Origin: Schmidtea polychroa
Lineage: Eukaryota
DNA length: 64,000 bases
Assembly (NCBI GenBank): GCA_044892525.1
Contig: CM097885.1
Coordinates: 171,616,001 to 171,680,000 of the forward strand
Direction of reading: 5' to 3'
Shown here: piece after piece, positions 12,358 to 24,800 of the stretch
How positions within the stretch are numbered: position 1 is the first letter of the stretch
How the letters are laid out: the number at the start of each line of letters is the position of its first letter
Made by a program: the position numbers and the translations under genes
Notes under the pieces: model-generated
Database searches by the model: none
What the model saw: only the letters and a program-made list of their open reading frames with translations
What the model was told of the DNA's origin: nothing

Positions 12358-15241
12358 TAGGGGAAATAATACCGGTTAACCGGTAAATTTTTCCATATTA
12401 GTGTATTTACATTTACCGGTTTTTTCGATAAATTACTGGTAAAGTTTTGTAATGTTTTAACGCTATAGAGTACTGACACGTGACGTTATTTTATCACAAC
12501 GTTTGACCTATTGTATCCTGTGTTTATTGGTGAGTCACGGGCAATAGAATATCTACAATCTCAAGAAGTTTTACCACGAGATATTTTAAATAAAATTCAA
12601 TTTTGAACAATGAGTTATTTTTTTCTGTAAACTTTATCATGATTAAATTTTTATACTTCTCAAAATGATGTGATTGACAATTTCCGTTTTAAGTAGGTGG
12701 TTATTCTGTGCTTTCTCCTTTTAATGAATCACAATAAAATAATAACATTGAAAATAAAGCAAACTTATTATTATTTTTATTATTAAATTTAATTATTAAA
12801 ATATTAAATTCTAATTAAATATTCATTGTAAACTATTATAGCTTATCCATGTCTGTAGCAAGATAGAAAGATCTTTGGAATAATTTTACGCGCATGAAAG
12901 ACGGGAATTCAGCTGTATGCAAAAGGTGTAATACAGCGATAAAATGCGCAGGTGGAAGCACATGTGGCTTGCATAATTACCTTATCAGAAAACACAGCAT
13001 TAATCTTCTAAAGAGAGAAACACTTAACATAGAAGCTGTTGAATCATGTAGCTCTAAAATTAGTTCCAACATTTCTGTTTCGGATGATACTAATTCTCGG
13101 ACTAAAATTTCCAACTAGTTCATACAAATTAAAACCATTGACAACTCATTTCCAGCTGCTTTAGCGCGATTGACGGCACGAGATTGCCTGTCATTTAAAA
13201 AGATTTGCACTTCATAAGATCTGCAAAAATTGTTTAAATCAATAGGATGTGAAATCCCTAAATCACCAATGACGATAAAAAGAATAGTTATGGATTATGG
13301 TGACAAAATACGACAAAAAATCGTCAACGAATTATCAGAAAGGATAAGCCGTGGTGAATTATTCAGTTTGACTTTAGACGAATGGACGTCTTTGAAGAAT
13401 CGAAGGTTTATGAATGTGAATGTTCACTCGTATGATGATGTATATTGGAATTTGGCTTTGGTAAGGCTTGAAGGGTCAATGCCTGCCGATAAATGTTTCA
13501 CGTATTTTCAAAACAAACTCCAAGAATTCAATATTCCAACGGAGAATGTAATTTCAATTACTACGGATGGAGCCGCGATTATAAAAAAGGTAGACAGATT
13601 GATTGATGTTAGTCATCATCAGCTATGTTTCGCCCACGGCATCCAGTTAGCCGTAATTAAGGAGCTTTATCAAAAATCTTTTTCGGATAATATTTCGGAC
13701 GAAAATAAGGGAGATGCTGATGTTGATGCTGATAGTGAATATAAACATGAAACTGTAACTATAAGTGAAGAGGAGAAAGGGGACGAAGAAGAAATAGAAC
13801 ATTTTGAAGTGCATACTGATACATTACCTACGGATATGCCAATTTCAATTAAACACGAATGTATTGGTCCCTTAATATCAAAAATTCGGAAAGTTGTTAA
13901 AATTTTTCGTAGATCAACAGTAAAAAATGACGCCCTTCAAAAACATGTCATGGTCGAATTTGATAAAGAGCTTTCGCTAATACTTGACACAAAGATAAGG
14001 TGGAGTAGTTTGCTTGATATATTGGAAAGATTCTATCAGATAAAAAATTGCGTTCGAAAAACTCTAATCGATATTAAATCAGATTTAGAATTATCGGAAA
14101 AAGAACTTAATTTGGTATCAAATATTATATCGACCTTGCAACCGATTAAAGGGGCGGTGGAAACTCTTTGTTCGAGAGACACTAACCTATACATTGCGGA
14201 TTTAACTCTTAAGTTTATGCTGGATAAACTAGGAAATCAAAAAACTTTTATTAGTAACGAGTGGAAGGAAGCTCTAATATTAAGAATAAGCGAAAGAAGA
14301 ACCATGTATTCTGATATTTTTTATTATCTTTATGAACCACGTTCATGTGGTGAAAATAGTTATGGAGTGTTCAATACAATTAACAAAATAGTTATATCAA
14401 AGAAGATTGTTGAAATAATTCAAACTTTTTCAAAAAGCGATTCCGCAACTATTGATACGGAATCTGAAATATTTTGTGAAGAACCAGAATTAACTATTGG
14501 ATCTGCGATTCCATCAACTTCTGCAGGAACATCTTTAGGGCTCTCAATGAAAGAAAAACTAAATTTAGTTATTCAAAATAGAATTAATATAAATGCAGAT
14601 GAAGAGATCAGTGATCCGAAGACTCCATCTGGGCTTTTAAATATAATAAGAAAAGAAATGTTATATTTTAAGGAACAAAATGTTAAAGGCAAATATTTAC
14701 AGAAAGCCCTGAAATATATTTCAACCGTTCGCCCGACTAGCGTAGAGTCCGAAAGGGCTTTCTCCGCCGCTGGTTTAATTTTCACAAGATACAGATCCAG
14801 CATGAATGATGAAACCCTGAGCATAATGTATTTTTTGAGAGCCTACTTTGAGAAGCAATTTATGCTAAATTAGCAGTGAAGATTGCAATTGAGACTAAGC
14901 TGAGTAAAGGAATTTTGTGAATAACATTTTAATTTTTTTAATATTATTTTAATAAATGGATTCCCCAAAAGTTTTTTAATATAAGACATTCATTTTTTGT
15001 GTTATTTCATTTATTAGTTGTTTGTTTGGTTTGCTTTTAACTACAAGGGTCTCCAGTTCGCATTTTCAAAATTTTACTTCAAAATATACTGTAGCCGAAA
15101 TATGTATTCATTTAGTAGAGGGTTTTTTGGGTAAATATTTTGATTTTTAATGATTACTAAGCTTATAAAAATTACCGGTAAAAATGTAAAAAAAATACCG
15201 AATTACCGGTTTTTCAAAATCCCGGTAAATTATTACCCCTA
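12358..15241 (+). mobile_element. full-length hAT (Ac/ZBED-like) DNA transposon, 2884 bp
   Basis: TIRs TAGGGG(A/T)AATAAT; exact 8-bp TSD ATAGGAAC at 12350-12357 and 15242-15249; clustered subterminal ACCGGT motifs at both ends; internal transposase frame. Confidence 0.95.
12849..14873 (+). pseudogene. hAT transposase (BED finger, DDE core, C-terminal dimerisation domain) with three in-frame stops near the 5' end
   Basis: Single frame from ATG 12849 with stops at 12864, 13116 and 13215. BED CKRC..LHNYLIRKH; LTLDEWTS (D), ITTDGAA (D), CFAH (CxxH), IRWSS, SVESERAFS (E). The frame is open from 13218 to 14873. Confidence 0.9.
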
Positions 15242-15433
15242 ATAGGAACATTAAAATACAGTAAAAGGCTAAATATGGATTATTTTTCCCCTCATTATTA
15301 ATCCATAGTGAAAACTAAAGAAATCAATTAAAATTCCATAATTATTGTTTCATTATTTCATGTTTGGATTATAATTATAATATTGGTACGAATATTTTAA
15401 TGCAAAACGGCAGTCATTGTTGTTATCATTTAG

Positions 15434-18400
15434 CTAATAATCCCATCCCAGTTTTTGGCAGAGAATTAAGTCAACATTTGCTTACATCGAGGAGACATAT
15501 CGCGTATACTCTAGAAGTATGCGTTAGGCATTTAGACAATCCTGAAATTCTATGTGAAGAGGTAATTAATTTCTTCATTATTACTATAAAATAATTTTAA
15601 TAATCCGAATAAAAAATGAATTTAAATTTTGTCAAGAATTTTACAAAATTATTATAATTAACTATTTTTGATGTTAAAATTATTTTTATACAAGATATCA
15701 TATAAATTACAATTAGTTTTTTCTGATTGTGTCGCGCTAGAAAGAAATGAAATTTTTTTTACCACCTGAATTTTCCATATTTAAACATTGTTGTTGTTGA
15801 CATATTTTCTTGAAATTCAATAAAGGTGAACGCTAAAATGGTGTATTAAAGAACCCTAAATTGGATCCGTTGCAATTTAAATTGCTGTTGATGGCCGTCA
15901 AGCTGATTGTTGACGTTTATCGAGAAGCTATGTTGGAAAATTCCGTGACCTGGATAAAAGTATTCTGCATTTTAAGAGTGTCTTTGAAAGAAATAATTGT
16001 CTTGCTAAAGATTATACAATTAATTGTCTTTTATTTTAAAAAGTATTTAAAGTTTAATGAAGTATAACAATGATTTTGATATTATTCTACTATTTGATTC
16101 ATTTTAGATTAAAAATTAATGGGTAAAATATATTTCTGTTCAGATTTGCGTGAAATTAATTACTGATAGAACATTTGTCGAGAACTTACATAGATTTAAT
16201 AAAAAGAAAATATTTTTGTTGCTTATATTAGAAATATTAAATAATTTTTCAAACAGGCATGAATCTAATAGGATATTGAATAATATTGAAAATTTTTAGC
16301 TTTTTTTAATCAAATTAGGTAATTAACCCATTTGTTCCAATGTCCTGTACGTTGGACAGCAAATTATTGACAAGAAATTACTTTAGTACTTTTAATTTCT
16401 GCATAATTTTATGTATTTTATAATTTTATAATCATCAAACAAATTTAATTTTTTTCGGTTTCAATATAGAGATAAAAATTCATTTTACTATTTTAATCAA
16501 ATCTATAAATAATTATTGGTGAACTATTTGTTCTGTAAATTATTATGTACATTAAAACTTTATCTATTTGTCATTGTATATTAATCGTCAAAAAGGTTTA
16601 ATATTATCACATATAAAAGATTCGTTAAAATTGAAAATTTACAGTTATACACTAAAGTTTCAGGTTTGATAATAATTCAATAGAGGAGATTAGGGCATGC
16701 AATAACGGTTTCGGTAATACCAGTATTAATACCGGAATTTTTATTAAATATAGATTTAATTAATTAATTATTTAATTTTCTCCTAATTTGGACTTATTCG
16801 AACTAAAAATGTGTCAGGCGTTTTTAAATATTTTAAGTGAATCACTTTAATGTAATGTACCTATTTAACTTCAATTTACTATTTGGGTTTTTTGTGATTG
16901 TTTTTGTAACGGTATATAATGTCAAAAAGCGTTTTACATAGAATGTGTAATTTTTAGTAATTTATATTAAAATTATCAATAAAAATAACAAGAAGTCGAA
17001 TAGTTGTTCTGCAACTTGTTTGTAGGGCCGTAACAAGAGTGGTGCGAGCGGTGCAGCTGCACTGGGTGGACATCTGAAAGGAGCGCAAAATTGGGATGTA
17101 GCAATTTTTTAATGTCACCAAAAAGTGAAAAAATATAAATAAAAAATAATTAATGACATGAACGAAAAAAAACGACATCCTAGCTAGTCTATCTTTAACA
17201 TTACTGATTGGACTGGTCCATTAGCGTGCCTTCGTAAGTGTGTATTTTATAAAATGTTAGTCCACAAAATGGGTTCCTGTCATTTTTTCAATTAGCAACA
17301 GAATTTTAAGAGCATTACTACCTATTATATAATAGCTGGAGTCAACAATCTTAACATGAACATTATAATGATTATAGCAGACTGTTTTGAATTCGCGTGT
17401 TGGGGCCCCAAATATATGAACCGCACAGGGCGCAATAATGCCTTGTTACGGCCTTGAGTATTTGATAATTACTAAATTTAGATTCACAAAATCATATTGA
17501 GTATTGAGTAAGTTAAATTTCGCATTAATTCAATAGCAATCAATAATTGAAATGGTATTTAATAATAAATTAGCAAGAACCCAAAATGGATGATGGAAAT
17601 AGCACCACAAAGGCACGACAAATATAAAATCACTTACAAAATATACGTCAACTGATCTTCACAACTTTCTACTAGTCAAAGACTTTGAAAATATTCCAAA
17701 ATCTCCAAATACGTACAAAAAAATTAATGTGGACTACGGAGAAAAAACAAAAAAATAAATGATTCATGAATCGTAATTGTTAAAACTAAGAGGTATTAAG
17801 TTCAGTTTAACATTGGACGAGTGGACGTCACTAAGGAATCGAGGGTGTATGAATGTTAACTTTCATTTCAATGGCAAATTCTATAATCTTAGCCTTATTC
17901 GTGTACATGGAAAAATGCTTTCAGATAGGTGTTCAGAAATTTTGAAGTCTACATTGGCTTTGTTTAACCTTAATTTAAATGATTATATCGCTAGTACTAC
18001 TGGTGGAACTGCGGTAATGAAACGATTTTGACAACTTTCACAGATTCAACATCGATTATGTATAGCGAGTGGCATACAACTAGCCGCACAAAAATATAAC
18101 GGTTCTACTGTGGAGCCAGAACTTGAAAATTGACCAATAACTAACAAATGAAATTTTTTCCGATTCTGATGACGAAACTGAGTCTGATATAGGAATAGAT
18201 GTATCAATTGATACATTATCTGAAATTAATATTAAAAATACAGATATGCATTCTTTGATAGCAAAAATTAGAAGAAAAACTTTCTAAAAATGATTCGGTT
18301 TTACAAAAAACATGTAAAGGATATGCTTGGAAAAGAAAAATCATTAATTTTAGATGCCAAACCAGGTGGAACAGTCTCCTGGATATGCTCGAACGATTAT

Positions 18401-20270
18401 ACGAATTACTTGATTGTGTCCGAAAATGCTTGATCGACTTGGAAGAAGACTTTAACTTTTGTTCGGCAGAAATAAATTTATTTTCTGGTATTATCCGTAC
18501 ATTGAATACAATTTAATAATTGCCGATGTCACATTAAAATTTATACGGGACGAATTAACAAAGCAGTCTACCATTAAGTGTTAAAATGAAGGATGTATTA
18601 ATTCTTGAAATAAAAAAGAGGCGAAGTATATATTCTGATGTTCTTGATTATCTTCATATTTTTCATAAGCATATTATTCAACTTACACAGCGATTTGAAC
18701 AAAATTAATATATTCCAACCGTAGTTGACCAATAACTGAATAAATACGACAATATTTGAAACTAACGATTGTAGTTTTGTGTCACAATCACAAGAGACGA
18801 ACTTTTAATTGAAAGATAAACTACATGATATAATTAATAAAAAATAGCAAAAATTCCAGAAAGTCAAATACTACCAAAAATGGACCTGATGGTCTCGAAA
18901 TAAAAATAAAAAAGAATTACAATGGTTTAATGAACAACACACTAGAGCCTAAATGATGAACAAATTTATCAAGCTTTATTAACGATAAAACCAACAAGTG
19001 TTGAATCAGAAAGGCTTTTTTTCGCTGCTGGCATAATTTGCACCAAAATAAGATCAAGTTTGGATGATAATTCATTAGATACTGTATGTTTCCTAAGATC
19101 TTATTTTCTATTTTATACAATAAAATAATTTAATAATAGCTCAAAAACTGTTTTTTTTTCATTTAACTTTTGTTTTTTTTTAATACCGGTTATACCGGTA
19201 TTACCAATATTGAAAAAATGTAGTTGTGGTATTACTGGTATTATAAAATGGCGGTATTTTGCATGCCCTAGAGGAGATAAATGAGTGATACAGAATGCCG
19301 GTATAATTCAGATAAGTGTGGTTATCATACATAATAAAGGCGTACACATTTAACTAACTCCTATTTAGCTAAACGATACTGTCACAAATATAAAAGAACG
19401 ATTGAAATAAAGAATACATTTTGAACATACGCCACTCTTAAAAACAATTTGGAAATATGACAAGTGGGTATCAGGATCTAATAACATACGCGTAGCATAG
19501 ATTGGCGTTCGAAAAATTCTCATCACCATAGTATCAACCCTGTCTCAGAGTCAAATGGGATATTAGATATATAGAGATTTCATGACACACTAAATGACGA
19601 TAAAATTTCATTAATTAGACTTAGACAAAAAGTAAAATCGTATCAAGTAATTTAAAATTCAAGTAACCTTACAGAACACAAACAATACGTTACATAAACA
19701 TCATAGCATTTAATTATAAAAATCTACTTGAACAATAAAACAAAAATAATTAACAGATTATTTTTTAATTCAATTTATTTGCCAACTTATACTTGTTTTC
19801 TATTATTCGTTTACTTGTCTCTGCACTGTATGATAAAAAATCAAACTTCATCTGTATATCTTGTATCATTTCCATATTTAAAACAAATTATTTGAATAGT
19901 TTTACCGTTTATTAAAAACATATCAATAATTTGATTTACAAATTATTAATTTTCAAATCTAATCGCACTTGAACTGCCAAGGAAAACCAATAATCACTTA
20001 CCTAGACTATGCTACCTAAAGTATGAGAAAAAGTTTCAGTCATTTTTATGTATTCACACATTCACAAATCCCTTAATAAACTTTAAAAGTATTACCTTCC
20101 AATTCATAAAAGCTCAAGAAGCCGGAAAAGGTGAGCAAGGGTTTAATGGAAAAATTAGCGAGATGTTTTCATTGTACATACAAAATAATATTCAAAACCA
20201 TTCAAGTTATATGTTAATAGAGAATTTGATAATCAGTCTCGTGGTGCATAGTCTCATATCCAAAGAATAC

Positions 20271-20307
<37 letters not shown>

Positions 20308-21439
20308 CTACCACCATTTTCAATTCCTAACGGTGTATAACATATAATCTAGAATGATAAGAGGGCGATGCATGCGATGCAAATCATCGGGGCCCGCGAT
20401 ATAATCATATTCGGCTTTAAAAAATCATTTTCATATAATTAAATAATTTTAAAAATCTAAGTTTGTGATAATTTAATTTTATATGCATCATGGAATTTTA
20501 TAAGTAATAAATAGGATAACTAAAACTAATGTTTTTTAAAAAATATATCAGTTTTTAATTGCAAAGAGAGCCCGTACCGACGAATTGCATCGGGGCCCGG
20601 CCTGGCTCCCGGCGGCCTTATATACAGTGACCTAGCTACATATTTTATACCACAGACAAAATTTATTTTGAAACTCTTCGCAATGGGATTTTTTTATCGA
20701 ATGAAATACGTTATGAAATGATTTGAGCAAGTTTAAATAAATATAAAGAATGTTTGTATATAAAACAAGATTTTATTTAAACCATATCTATATTTATAAT
20801 AAAATGTATTTTATAGTTTCTTTCTGGTTTTTACAAAGGAAAATTTAACAATTTTATATGGGATTAGGTCTCTGTTAGACCCCAAAGTATTGTTTGCTTT
20901 TGCTACATTGGTGAACTTATATTATTTCATTCCCTCATGATAAGGCATTCAGTACAAATTTACTGTTTTTAAGGCGAGTAGATAAATTTCCGAACAACTC
21001 GTCAAAAACTGACATTTCATTCAATAACTAGAAAAAATATCGGTTTTTGATAATAAATTTGTTCCAATTTTTACAAATATAATAAACTAAATTATTAACT
21101 CATTAAAATTTAATAAATATATTCTTATTTTAAATAATAATGTGGCTTAATTTATAAATAGATTATGAGTAGCCATTATTCTCTCTACTTACGTAAAAAC
21201 CAAAACCGGTAGCCCAACATACACACATACACACATACACGGCAGCATGCACACAAACAAATACATTGTTGTCCACCAATCGATGAATAAGGTTAACGTG
21301 GAAAAATAATTTCTTGATAAAAACTTCAATACCAGATACTAACATTTTTCGGATACAATTATATAATTATCATTCTTGATAAATAATTTTTTATTTCCTT
21401 TGTAACCTATTATTCTATTTTATTTCTTTGAATCTTAGA

Positions 21440-21509
<70 letters not shown>

Positions 21510-21845
21510 TATTATTAGTATCTGTCAATAAATCACAGCGAAAATGAAATTTAAATTTAATTATTATAAATCGACTAACAACAAACGATCGGCTCAATGA
21601 TTAAATATTGATCAAAAATTTTTCACAAATAGATAGATTAAATTAAACATTCAAAAGTCGACATTTGGAGGCAGAAAACATTATTGTTATTTTTCATCTG
21701 GCTCTATCAGTTTACTTGGATAGTTGGTTAAATTTAACTATTAGTACTAAGAGGAGAGATGCTTTTATTCGAATTTTGAATTTTATTTATGCGTTTCTTT
21801 AGAGCTTTCAATATGACCATTTTGAAATGTTCAATAAATAAAATG

Positions 21846-21879
<34 letters not shown>

Positions 21880-24800
21880 TACTATGACTTCCGAAATGTT
21901 GTTCTATACATCTCTCTTACACTACTCACAATTCACATTATAACTGTCCAATTTCTTGTGCATAGTATTGTTGATTCTCTGATCCTAAAACTAAGCCCCT
22001 TGAATATTTGATCTGTAAATTGGATTCATTCAAAGTAAACTTCGTCGACTGAATCTAACAAAGACCATAAAGCGACAAATTATGTCAATCGCCTTAAGGA
22101 AATAATTAAACCTTTGATGTAAAATTCCTAAAAATATTCCAATATTTCTCTTCTTTTTATGACTCCAAATCTATCTAATAAATTTCTACTAATCTTAGAA
22201 AATGGATTTGTGTATTATTTTGATTCAATAAATTTTCCAATTTTTTTTTTGAAAACTGATTTTTATGTTAATTTTTCAAAATATTATTTCAAGTTTCATG
22301 TAAATTATAAATCTATATTAATATGTAGGGCTTATTCCGAATTGCTGGAGGCAAAAACAAAGTCGACACATTATCAGTAAGTAATAAAATAATTGAGGCT
22401 TTAATCAATTGAACACTGATTATTATTTTTGTTTTTATTCAGAGCGCCTTTAACGTTTTTAAAGTGGAGAAAATCATCAAACAATACGATCATTTTGTGA
22501 TCGCCGATTGCTTGAAACAATACCTTCGATCTCTGCCTGAGCCGCTCCTGACCCATCATTTGTTCGATGATTGGATGAGGGCTGTTAATAAGTCAGTATT
22601 CTCTTTGATTTTCGTTGAACATTGTTTTAGTTTATTAGTCTACTTTGAATTATGAAATTCAATGTCTATCAAATAAAGATAAATTAATAAAAGTGTAAAG
22701 TCTATTTTTAAAAATTCAAAATACATACCAATTAATAATATTCACAAAATATGTTAATTCTTTTTCAATCAAATGTTGGGTCAATAATTCCTAAGTTTCT
22801 ATATGATGAAAAAAAGAATTAATTTCCCAATGAACTTATCTTTGTCAAAATATTAAATATTATTTAAGAAAATAGGTTTGTTTTACTGTCCCATTTATTT
22901 TCTAGTACTTAAGATATCTTTCAAAATAAGAGTTTGCATGTAAGAGTGAGATAACTTGTTTAAATAAGAAGAATCATCAAATGAAGATATGAAATCTAAT
23001 GTGCCATCGTAAGCTATAAAAAGTTATAAAAAAATCCAATTAATTTTTCTACCTCAATCGGTTGATAGAACAAAGGTTTTGTAAACATATGAAATGAACC
23101 TACCTATTTTGGATCCAAAAACATTAGATGATATCTTGGGCTCTTCAGACAACTGTAAAACCAATTTGGAAAATGATTTGGTTGATTATCTACAAACGAA
23201 TTTGACTAAGAAAACTTCGCACACTAGTAATGGAAATTAAAATAAATTTTTAGCATGTTTTATTAGAGGACTCCTCAAATTTTGGGGACTTCAGTATCTC
23301 AGTGCACATGATGAGTTTTTGAGGCTAGTGAAAGTTAGATAAAGAATGACTGTATGCAGCTTTATTATGATTGAATTAAAGTTATTACTTTAATGACGGC
23401 TATTCAGAAGAATAAAAAGATGTTAGTCAGTGTAAGACTATGGCAAGAGTGAAAGTTGAGTAAAATTGAGGACCTTATTTGCAGCGCCGTGCTGTAACTT
23501 TTGGGGGGCCTGTGCAGAAACTAAAAAAATTTTTTTTTTAATTTGAATTAATTTTTTATTGATTATATTTAAAAAAATAATAGCAATTATAAAGTAATTT
23601 TTCTAGCTCTTTTGCTGGCAAATTCATCAATTATGTCATTGTAATCAATTGTTCTGGCTGTTGCATTTTCAATTGACAGTATTGCTAATCCAGAAAGTCT
23701 TTCCTGCGACATAGTAGACCGTAGATAATTTTCAATTAATTTTAATTTTGAAAACGATCGTTCACAATGAGCAACTGTAATGGGCATTGTAATAAGACGA
23801 TATAATAAACAAACAGAAGATAACAATTTGAAGCAAAAAACAACTGAATTATTAAGTATATTTGTTTCAAATTAAATCGTTGCCAACTAGATTTTTTTGA
23901 AAGTTAAACGAATTTTGAATTTTCAAATTTTTTTTTCTTTCAATTCGTAGTAATTTATGGTATTGGAGAAGTTTTCTAATGTATTTAATATTTGGGGCCC
24001 CTCAAAAATAGGGGGCCCAGTGCGATTGCACTTGCGATAGTACGGCGCTGCTTATTTGATATTATTATTTTTATGCACTAATAAAAATTCAAAACTTTGA
24101 ATAAATATAAATTACCTACAATAGATAATTAACAAAGTTTGAAGAGAAATAGTTTTAAAGAAAAAGAAAAATCAAAAATAGAAAAGATATTAAAAATCAA
24201 AATCTGGAATTAAAAATGACTACATTAAATTAAAGATTAAAATTTTGTATTGAATAGATCATATTTTGTCATTGGATTGAATATAAATAATAAATTAATA
24301 AAACATAAAATCCGGTCACAGTTATTCTAATTGAAATTGATAATAACAGATTAATTTCTAATTATGTTCCCTAAATCTATTACTGGGGAGCTACCAATTT
24401 CACATTACGAAATTTGTTCATTTTCTTTTATTAATTCCATATGAATAATTGTCATATCTACGTCTATTTGGGGTTGACTAATCGGTTTCATTTCATATAC
24501 TTGACTCATATCAGCACAATTCAATCCATGTTTCAATATCTATTCAATATATTATTATTATTACATTATTATTATTATTATTATTAGCAATTTTGATAAT
24601 TTCATTTGCCCATTCATATATGGAATATTGTATCTGAAATTTCAAAATTTTTGATATTTTCTATTCCCAATTTAATATGCGATTCTAAATATTTTTTAAT
24701 GAATTTTTGAAAGTTTATCTAACATCTATTAAAAGTAGGAAGTAATTATTTTTAATTGATGTTGCAACTAAATTTAAGATCAATTGTAACTGATCAGTTA

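Noticed and set aside
14573-14824. Antisense ORFs over real coding regions (also 6685-7083, 30104-30490, 47365-47559, 47817-48110, 54063-54269, 60669-60884)
   Set aside because: Shadow frames of recognised genes or transposases with no independent motifs.
15861-16067. Small intronic ORF as a nested gene
   Set aside because: TTG start, no recognisable motif and no consistent splice signals.
21415-21597. ORF with IYIYIY run
   Set aside because: Translation of a (TA)n microsatellite.
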